A DNA stretch of 34,798 bases, from the NCBI GenBank assembly GCA_001275005.1, contig JWZX01002892.1, forward strand, positions 1 to 34,798, written 5' to 3'. The notes beneath the pieces are model-generated. The model was not told the DNA's origin, searched no databases, and saw only the letters and a program-made list of their open reading frames with translations. The stretch's first letter is position 1, and every line of letters begins with the position of its first letter. A program made the translations under genes and the position numbers. This DNA is from Chrysochromulina tobinii (Eukaryota). Below are positions 20,306-29,077 of this stretch, in pieces.

Positions 20306-21523
20306 ATGAGGGACTCGCGTGTCATTCAAGCAGTCGCAAGGCCTCTACCCGACCCGTACGTGTACAAGCAGTCGCGGAAGGGCGCCCCGTTCTTTGCAGC
20401 AGTCGGGTCGCGCCCTAGCTCCGCCGGCGTGTTGAAACCAAATGTCGCAAATCGTATCTTCGATCAGCCAATCGTTGCTGGCGCTGTCGACCGCCAAGCA
20501 GAGTGGTTGCTGCAGCAGCGCGAGGCGGTTATCAGCAAGCTTCGCCAACGTGCCTCTTCGGCAAAGCTACGCCAGGAGTCCATCGTGCACGCAGCTCACG
20601 CTCATCTATCGAGCTCCCCGGAGCCGGACGGCCCTCCTCAGCGTCCGAAATCAGCACACTCGGCATCAAGAAGGGCAGGTGTCGAGTGGATCGAAGCACC
20701 CGCTACCAACGTCGTCGCCGCCCCATCGAAGAAGCCGAGTAGGCCCTCAATGCGCTTTGAAACTACGTACAAATCTCACTATCCTGAGTTCAGAGGGTCT
20801 TCAGACTGGCTACGTCCTCCAAGGGTCAAGCCACCGAACAATCCACCGCCCTACCCGCTGGAAACCGACGAATCTATGGGCCGTACGACAAGCCAAGACT
20901 GCTTTCACGTGCCTCCAGTCGGATTTCCTGCGCGCGCGCCTGTCTGCCGACCAACCGAGGGTGAGCCGGTATGGTTTGAGCCCGCACAATCAAATCGCAC
21001 ACTGTGCTCAACCTACTGCGCACAGTACAAAGGATTCTTCCAAGTCCCGCAGCAGAAGCCTGTCGTATACCCAGTCAACCCGCCACCCTACATGTATGTC
21101 GGCCACGAGGAGGCGATGAGGCGGTCGACGAGTGTCGATTCCTTCCCCAGGCCACCTCGGAGCATGTTGCAGCGGCGAGAGCCGTTCGTTCCGCCAGTCA
21201 ATCCGCCACCCTATGAGCACGTTGGCCTTGAGCCGCCACTGTCGCGGACGACGAGTGCCGATGCCTTTCCCGAAGCTGGGAGATATGGGAGCATGTGCCG
21301 CAAGCGAGATCCAATTTTTCCACCTCAAAATCGCGCGCCCTACTCGAGCGCGGATGACTTGTACATGGACACGCCTCTTACGACCTATAAAGCTCAATTC
21401 CTTCATATGGGAGCGGACGTTTCAGCCGCAATTCAGGTTCAACAACCCGTCGCTGGCCGCACTCTGGTCGATCCCTTGCAGACCGCTGGTGGGGCAATCT
21501 TCAGCAACGACGACTACTATTGA
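20306..21523 (+). CDS. SAXO/STOP-like microtubule inner protein (repeated Mn-like motifs)
   Basis: Periodic motifs FETTYKSHY, RTTSQDCF, STYCAQY, RSTSVDSF, RTTSADAF and LTTYKAQF, separated by P.NPPPY units. Confidence 0.6.
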   Translation: MRDSRVIQAVARPLPDPYVYKQSRKGAPFFAAVGSRPSSAGVLKPNVANRIFDQPIVAGAVDRQAEWLLQQREAVISKLRQRASSAKLRQESIVHAAHAHLSSSPEPDGPPQRPKSAHSASRRAGVEWIEAPATNVVAAPSKKPSRPSMRFETTYKSHYPEFRGSSDWLRPPRVKPPNNPPPYPLETDESMGRTTSQDCFHVPPVGFPARAPVCRPTEGEPVWFEPAQSNRTLCSTYCAQYKGFFQVPQQKPVVYPVNPPPYMYVGHEEAMRRSTSVDSFPRPPRSMLQRREPFVPPVNPPPYEHVGLEPPLSRTTSADAFPEAGRYGSMCRKRDPIFPPQNRAPYSSADDLYMDTPLTTYKAQFLHMGADVSAAIQVQQPVAGRTLVDPLQTAGGAIFSNDDYY

Positions 21524-22329
21524 GGATCCGATCCGTATCATCGCAATGGCGAGAACACGCGTCCTCGTCCAGCAGCGGACCGCGCGGCGTGGAGCGGTAC
21601 AGTACGCGCTGCCCTCGATACTCATACACGATACAGCCTTTTTCTCGCACTTAATCCATGCACCTATCTCGCTCAACGTCGGGTCCGATCAAAACTAACA
21701 AAACCGAACGGTGTCCGCGCGAGGAACACGTGTTCCCGGTGTTGCCCGATTCTGTGTCAGGCGGGTCGCAATGTAGTCGCATATTAGACTAGATTGATGT
21801 ACGTTTGTCGATACATGTTACTGTGGTACGCGTATGGAATCGCGCGACAGCGGACCGACGGCGCGCGGACGGGGACGGCACATCACGCACAGTCGCACAC
21901 CAGGGCTCGCCGCCACGAGCGCCACACCGCGCGCCCGGCGACGAGGTGACGCGTCCTGCCACGTCGTACCGCGCAGCGCGCATGGGCATGCAGGACGGAC
22001 TGTGCTGCACGCGAACCAGCAACCACCGGGCACTGGCACCACTGCACCAATTCGTGCGCCCTTGATTCCTTCTCTGATTGCGCATTATTTTTGCGCCAGA
22101 ACCACCGCGGGTCCGCACGTCGACTGGCATGGGGCATGCTGGTCGGGCCGGCCGAGATGGCGACGCGCTCACCACTCGATGCACACAGCTGCCGCGCACA
22201 ACACGCAAGAACTCTCTCACTTCACTGGTGGATTGGCCTGCAAACTTCTCCAGACCACCACTGCATGCATCGACCGACCCAAGTGCTAATCCAGGCAAAG
22301 CAAGATCCAAGAAACGCGTGGCTCAGCTT

Positions 22330-23306
22330 TTACCTCTCCATCTCTGCGATGCGCCGCGACTGCTCGAATCCCATGCCAGCAGGGCGCTGCGGCCCACCGC
22401 GAGAGCCGCCGAGCTCGGGCTTTGCCTTGAGCAGCGCTTTGATCCCCATCGACCGTAGCTCCAGGATCTCGTTGGCTTCGTCAGCCTCGGCCTTCATGCG
22501 TGCGTACTCGGGGTCGACTGGGTACTTGCCGAAGTCGCCGGGCGTTTGCCCACCATAAAAGCGGCCGGCATCGTCGCGACCGTCCCACCCGCTCACAGCC
22601 GCCGGCGCGCTCTTCGGGTTGATGCCACCGCTGTTCTTCCAGTGGGAAGTGCCGTCTGCAGCAATGGGGTTCCGACAACACGCACAAAGTCAGGGGCTGG
22701 GGACTCTCAGACGAGCTCAGCGGGTTATCTTAGCGGGCAAGGCATCCGAGTTCGAATCTCGCCGTCCCCACAGTTCTTGTCAGCGTCGGCGAGGCCGCGG
22801 ATGTGTCCGGTGAAACCGACGACGGGCATCACGTACGGGTGCCCCGAGGTGTCAAGCGCTGACGTGGGCCGTTGGCGGGGTGGCGGTGCCGCGTTCGACC
22901 CAAGCACGTGGTGATGAGTCCCCTGTGGCCTGAAGCCCGTATACCCTGCGATTCCGGCGTACACGTTGGCGCAGGCAGGCTTATGGCGAGATTCAAAGTC
23001 TGTGTCGTTGTCCATAGCAGCGAGGGCGCCGGCAGCTACGAGGCCTTGCTTGGGAATGTGGACTGTGGTGCTCTCCTGGATGATTCCGCCGAAACGGCTC
23101 ACCACCGTCCTCAAGTTGGCCGTCTCAGTGTTTAGGACGCGTGCCGGAGGCATCTCAACCGGTGCTGCGAGCGTGGGCACGGCCACGGGGGGTCTGGCGA
23201 AGCCCATCTCGACGCGGCGGTGACTATCGAGCAAAGGCTTGGATGGAACATTGATTCGAACTCCTCGCTCGAGGGCCACCGTCCCAGGGTCGCGTTGCCT
23301 ATGCAT
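22330..23306 (-). CDS. FAM166/CIMIP2-like protein with GY/FTG motifs; exons 23306-22772, 22655-22330
   Basis: GIAGYTGFRP and MPVVGFTGHIRG motifs. GT-AG intron 22771-22656 joins KN-Y-GTSHW in frame with ORF 22330-22596. Confidence 0.65.
22699..22770 (+). other. Degenerate tRNA-like / tRNA-SINE-like sequence antisense within an intron
   Basis: 72 nt. GGGGAC..GTCCCC-A acceptor-like stem, T-arm CGAG-TTCGAAT-CTCG and A-box-like AGCTCAGCGGGTTA. No clean D or anticodon arm. Confidence 0.5.
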
Positions 23307-23650
23307 GATGGCACCTCCCCCTGAAGAGTCCCAATGGCCATTGCGGAGCGAACTTAGTTTTCGTAGCAGCACATCAACGAAACCGAAACGGTCGCTGCAC
23401 AGTTTGCATACACGCGCGATTACAGCAGAATTGAACTACACAGCCATGTCGCGTGGGTTTCAAAACACACACATGCCGCCGTCGCCCAAACCATCCTCAA
23501 CGCCGCCAGCGCGCGCGCATGCTCCGTGTCTCATATGGGGTCGTGTAAGGTGTGTGTATTTTGGGCGGGCAGTAACAGTGCCGTAACACCGGCTGTCGCG
23601 TCTGTCGTGTTAACGTTCACACAGGATTCAAAATTTGCGGTGCACTAGCC

Positions 23651-24956
23651 ATGCCTGTGCATGCGCGCTGCCTCGTGCTGAGCAACGGCATGGTCGGCGC
23701 CGAGAAGCAGGCTCTCGCTTTAGCTGAGGCGATCGGGCTGCCGTTTGAGGTGCGTAGAGTGAAACAGGTCATACCGGCACTCTCTCGGCTGCCGTCCTCC
23801 GTGCTAGCCTCCGCTACACATCTCCTGGGAAGCGTCGGCGTGAGTGGGATCGGTCCAATAGATGCTCCGTATCCGGCGCTGGCCATATCATGCGGCCGCG
23901 GGAGCATACCTGCGAGCATCGCGCTGCGCGACGCGGGCCGAGGAAGCACACTCACCGTGCACATTCAGCGGCCCGAGTGCAGTGCGAGCTGGTTCGACCT
24001 GGTGATTGTGCCGCGCCACGACTACCCGACGCTGGCACCGCCGAATGCAGTGCTGACCCGAGGATCGCTCCACAGCGTGACGCCCGAGCTGCTCGCTGCA
24101 GCGCGCAGGGAGTGGGAGCCCGTACTGAGGCCCTTCCCGTCACCGCGCCTCACGCTCCTCCTCGGAGGCACAGGTGAGATTGCCACTGATTGCCCCCAAT
24201 GATTGTGCTCTGATTGTGCTCTGATGGCTCCTGATCCTCCTTGGACGCACAGTGTCGCGTAGCTGGTGGCAGCGGCCGCTCGCACCCGAGCTCACCGAAG
24301 AGAGCGCGCGGGCCTTCGTGCACTCCGCACTCGGCGCCGTCCGCCGCTTGGCCGGCAGCCTGCTTGTAACCACCTCACGTCGCACCCCGGCGGCAGCACA
24401 CGCGGCGGTCGCGCTGGAGCTTAAGGCCGCCGCAGCTGCGGGCGTCCCCTGCCAGTTGTGGACTCCCGATGCGACGCCTAATCCGTTCCACGGACTGCTC
24501 GCATGCACGGACCAAGTGGCCGTTACCGCCGACTCGATCAACATGGTCACGGAGGCATGTGCCGCGGGTGAGCCGCCATCTCGCGTGCTCGACCACCCTG
24601 ATGGCCACCAAGAGAGCCCCTGATTGCCACTGAGTGCCACTGATTGGCCCTCCACTGAGTGCCCCTGATTGCGTCGCTCATTAGGTAAGCCCATCTACGT
24701 GTTGGACCCGTTAGCGTGCCGCCGCCGGTACGCGGTCTTCCACAGCCGCCTGCTTCAAGAGGGTCGCACGCGCCCGTGGCCGGCCGACGGTGTGCTCGAG
24801 CCTGCGACGCTGTGGAGGCGCAGTAGTGAGCACTCGCATGCCAACGGTGACCTCGAGCGTTCGACGTTGTGGACCGCCACCGACGAGCTGAGCGACACTG
24901 AGCGCGCGGCGGCGCGAGTGGCAGAGTTGCTGCGCGAGCGAGGAGTTTTGGTGTAA
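23651..24956 (+). CDS. ELM1: Mitochondrial fission protein ELM1-like; exons 23651-24173, 24253-24567, 24685-24956
   Basis: G..GAEKQALALAEAIG, AISCGR, VHIQRP..FDLVIVPRHD, LLLGG, VTTSRRTP, NPFHGLLA..VTADSINMVTEACAAGKPIYV. Introns 24174-24252 and 24568-24684. Confidence 0.92.
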
Positions 24957-25374
24957 GCGGGCGTGGAGCGACTCTACCCCTTAGTCGCCGTGCTGCAAGA
25001 GCAAGGAGTGATGGCTTTTGCGGTTGGTGGCACATCCCGAGGGGAGGCTGCGCTGCGTGCCGTGTGCCGGTGGGATGTGCTGATAGGCTGTCGGTATGGT
25101 CCGATCTTTCACGCCCTGCCCGGAGCCCGGGGTGCGCGGTACGGATAGATTAGCGAACGTAGCTCCCAGCACCCAACGCAAACCCAATGAGTTAATCAGA
25201 TCACACAAGGCATCCGCGACGGAGTGTAACTCAACTCACGAAGACATACAGGAGCGGGTTGCTGACTCAATGAACTCAGAAAGAGATCACACTGGAGTCT
25301 GGACACGCCTCGTGTGTCATGAGGAGACACAAAGGCTTCCAAAAGAGCATGATGAGGCGACGAGGACGTCCGCT

Positions 25375-26328
25375 CTAGGAGTCGCAATTAAAAGTGTGGC
25401 CTCGGACTCCGCTGCAAACCCCTATCTTCCAGGGGCTGCGGGAAGCGTTGCCTTCCAACGTCCCTATCCATGGAAGTATCAAATCGCAGCCAAAATTGTG
25501 CTCAACGCATGGTGGCGTGTGCACAGGAACTTTGAAGCCGCACTCCGCAAAAAGCTGTTTGAGCTGTATTGGCGAACAGTCGGCACCCCGCAATAAGTGG
25601 CCATAAAATTCCACTTTGGCCACACCCACCCTGCCCTCTTGCAACCATCTTTTCATGCCACGCACAGTATGGCATTCATGTCCCTCCACGTCAATCTTCA
25701 AAACGTCCGCACGAAATGAGTCCGGCAGTATGTTATCCAGTGCGCGAACCGGCACATTCTTTTGGTACACCGTCGAGCTGTCCCTAGGGTTTTGCGTTGC
25801 GTTGGATTCTCTGAGAAACGCATGGCCACCATTATGTCGTTTGATTGCAAGTTTCATGGTGCTTGACGTGCTACTTGCGGCAAGTGGGTAGACAATAGCC
25901 CGGCCGGTCAACTCTGGATGCTCGCGAACGGCTTCCGAAAGTGTCGATGTCAAGTAGAAAAGGTTGGCAGGCGACGGCTCAAACGCAACTATTGATGCAT
26001 TCGCTAGCAGCATAGGGAGGGTGCATGCCCCAATATTGGCTCCGAGCTCCAAAAAGGATCGACTCGATCCTCGAGGAACCTTATTAAGCAAATGAAGCAG
26101 CGGACCACATTCAAACCAAGATCCAGCCCTCCGAAGCGAATCTGACATCAAATCGCTGCCCAGACCGTAGAGACACATGTGACCATATTTTGTATGTGTC
26201 CAATGGCATCTGTGGCCGGGCGGAGGTGGCAGGGCGGCATCACCCGCACGCCACGCTCTCCACGCCAAGCTGTCGCAAGGCACAGCTGTGGAGCCACAGC
26301 TTTCGTTGATCACAAGTTGCGCCAACAT
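25375..26328 (-). CDS. FkbM-family SAM-dependent methyltransferase
   Basis: FLELGANIGACT, VAFEPSPANL, VRALDNIL and VLKIDVEGHE..V.GM. Intronless; start uncertain. Confidence 0.88.
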   Translation of the reverse strand: MLAQLVINESCGSTAVPCDSLAWRAWRAGDAALPPPPGHRCHWTHTKYGHMCLYGLGSDLMSDSLRRAGSWFECGPLLHLLNKVPRGSSRSFLELGANIGACTLPMLLANASIVAFEPSPANLFYLTSTLSEAVREHPELTGRAIVYPLAASSTSSTMKLAIKRHNGGHAFLRESNATQNPRDSSTVYQKNVPVRALDNILPDSFRADVLKIDVEGHECHTVRGMKRWLQEGRVGVAKVEFYGHLLRGADCSPIQLKQLFAECGFKVPVHTPPCVEHNFGCDLILPWIGTLEGNASRSPWKIGVCSGVRGHTFNCDS

Positions 26329-26469
26329 TACAATTGCAGGGAGAAGTTTGGTGCTGTGTCTATTCAACAAGTTTGGTCCAGACCAGCTCTGAGCGAAGCG
26401 CCCTAGTTTATTTCTGTACCGGTAACCCGGTTTCGGGTATGTCTCAAGGTATGTCTGTGTGATTTGCGT

Positions 26470-26695
26470 GTCAAGTCAAGACTCAAGAGTCAAGTCACTC
26501 ACTCATGTCAACTAGGCTTTACAATTAAACAACAGAGAGCAAAGAATGTGCTCCGGAACACCGGAAGCCAGCTATGGAAAACGGGAGAATGTTGAGAGGG
26601 CGCGGGGATCATATATAATGAGGCGCCACGGGAGTGGACTTGACTTGACTAATTGACTTGACTTGACTTGATCGCCTCTTGACTCGCGGGGCCGC
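26470..26695. promoter_or_regulatory. Divergent promoter region with outward-facing TTGAC clusters and a TATA-like element
   Basis: GTCAA(G) cluster at 26470-26512, ATATATAAT at 26611-26619 and a TTGAC array at 26637-26670. Regulatory role is inferred from position only. Confidence 0.4.
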
Positions 26696-26803
26696 CCTCT
26701 CTCAGCCCGCCCTCTCTCACCCCTCAAAGAACCCAAACGCACGCGACGCGTGACATCTCCACACTCGTCTCCTTCTTCACGAACACACACCGAGGTGCTC
26801 AGG

Positions 26804-28626
26804 ATGCCGCATCCCCCAGCTTCTGCGTCGAAAAACTGGGTAGATAAACTCAGCCCTGACGGCTCAGACGACTGGAGGCTTGGGCCGAGGCAAACTGGCG
26901 GAGGGGGCAAGAGCAAGGCGAAGGAAAAGAGCGCTAAGTTCGCGCCTCGTTCTGCGTCTCAGTTCCAATTGGCGCATCAAAGGCTCGCCGACCATCTTGC
27001 GTCGACGATCGACTTCCAGCCCGCCGGTCTGGTCTCTCCGGAGCGATGCCCGCGTCTGCAGCGATTGATACACACGTGCAAGGATCGGCAGCGCATGGAG
27101 CTTGGTCTACCCTCGGGCGACAAGAGGGACTGGACGGACTTTGAGATCGACCGCGCCACGGTCAGGATGGCCAAGGAGTGCACGGGCGTCTCCCCTTCTC
27201 CGGATGTCAACCTGTGGGAACTTGTGATGGAGTGCACGTGCATCAAGCCAATAAGTGACGAGATTTGCGGGCGAGAAGAGTATGTGGAGGCGCTTGTTGT
27301 TGTGAACGGCCTCAGGACGCTCACTGTCGGGCGCGCACTGCCCAAGAACGGCGACTTTCTGCATACGGGCTTCCTGAGCTTTTACGACGACGGATGCGTC
27401 AAGCATGCGTACGGTGACGACCCGGCTATTGGGTGTCAACAAGTCTCACAGATCAACGACGCGCAGGCGACGATCTACTTTGAGTTTGCGAAGGTGTACC
27501 GCAAGTACCTCGCGGTCGAGGATCAGATTGCGAAGCTGCTCGGCATGCACATGAACTTATACGCGCAGGCCGCCGATCAGCTCGAGTCACTGCGCTACAC
27601 GTTACTTTCGGTGCCCCAAATGCCCTCCCACTGATTGCCACGGATTGCCCTTGATTGCCTCTGATGGCCCTTGATTGCCTCCTTCATCAGGTGCCCAGAA
27701 TGCCCGCCCACTGCCGCGCGATCTTCGAACTGGTCAGCCGGCGGCTGCCGCACTTGTTCCGCGAGTGCGCCTTCTCCAAGTCGCAGAACCTGGAGAATCT
27801 CGCCATCATCGAGCCTCTCTACACGCTCGAGCTCGAGGTGAGATCGACGCTGGATGCATCTGAGTGCATCTGAGTGCTGCTGAGTGCAGCTGAGTGTGAT
27901 GTTTGAGCTCGAGGTGAGATTGTCGCCGCTGGTCGCCACGGATCGCCATTGCTGACCACCAATTACATCCCTCATCAGGCAATTGTCGCCATCAGTCCGG
28001 TGCAGGCCGCTCGAGCGGAGCGTGCCATTGCCGCAGGCAAGGGGCGTGCCGCCGCCGGGCTGTCGCAGTGCATGACCTCAGAACAAGCCTATGCGCTGCT
28101 CGATGCTGAGGACTCTGCACGGGCGTCCGAATCCCGCGCACTGCTGCCTCCACCTGCGATACCTCACGTGAGACGAAGCCGGGGAGATCGGAAGAGATCG
28201 GAGGAGATCAAGCGAGACCAAGCGAGACCGAGCGAGATTACGAGACCAATCGAGCTGCCCATCTCGCCTCCTGCTGCCGCCCCCGCCGACGCGCTGCCCT
28301 CACCACCATCCTCCTCCATAACCGCCGCCGACGCGCTGCCCTCACCTCCATCCTCCTCCATAGCCGCCGCCGACGCGCTGCCCTCACCACCAACCTCCTC
28401 CATAGCCGCCACCGACGCGCTGCCCTCACCTCCATCCTCCTCCATAGCCGCCGCCGAAGCGCTGCCCTCATCTCCATCCTCCTCCATAGCCGCCGCAGAC
28501 GCGCTGCCCTCACCTGCCGCGGCCGCCTCTGCAAGGGAAGAGTTTGGGCGGCTTGCAGAGGCAGTGACGGCGGGGATTGAGGACCTGGCCCTCATCAAGG
28601 GGTCATCATCGAGGGGCCTTCAGTGA
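26804..28626 (+). CDS. Hypothetical protein; exons 26804-27610, 27691-27837, 27979-~28626 (3' structure uncertain)
   Basis: Three ORFs are joined in frame by GT-AG introns 27611-27690 and 27838-27978. No domain recognised. Further introns are possible near 28168 and 28602-28680. Confidence 0.65.
28285..28515 (+). repeat. 42 bp tandem repeat (ADALPSPPSSSIAA) x ~5.5
   Basis: GCCGACGCGCTGCCCTCACCTCCATCCTCCTCCATAGCCGCC units read directly. Confidence 0.92.
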
Positions 28627-29077
28627 TCGCCCCTGATCACCACTGATGGACCTTCAAGCTATCGAGGGGCCCTCATCAAGCCCCCCCCTAGGATTCCTAC
28701 CTTGGAGTGGCCAGAATGCCAAGGCTCCTACTGCATGCCCGCTATGGATAGAAAGCGAAGGGACGTTGGATGCTCTGTCGTGTGGACGTGGAACAGAAGG
28801 AACAACGAAGTGCGGCCAATTGAGTGCGGCGACGCGACGTCCGAGAGCGCGGACACAAGCGGGGACCGGGCCCCCTCACGTCGCCCGTCTCTCGAGTTTT
28901 CAGGTCTGCTATTATCATGGCTTCCTATTATACAAAAATAGTAGACGAGACGCCGCCGACGGCATGTCCATGACCATGTGCCGGTCGGCGAATGAAATTG
29001 GAAAATTCGACTTACATAGATCTAACGTATGAAAACTGCAACGCTGTGGGAACAACGGGTCTTGTTACAAACTGCAT

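Noticed and set aside
21789..22310. Short ORFs between the two convergent microtubule-protein genes
   Set aside because: Low-information Arg/Ala-rich translations; probably 3' UTR or intergenic.
22699..22770. Functional tRNA gene
   Set aside because: D and anticodon arms do not form and there are stem mismatches; kept only as tRNA-like.
28602..28680. Possible additional echo intron (GGCCCTCATCAAG repeated, CTGAT filler) extending the hypothetical gene
   Set aside because: The donor is weak (GG|GTCATC) and the downstream frame has no supporting homology; not counted.
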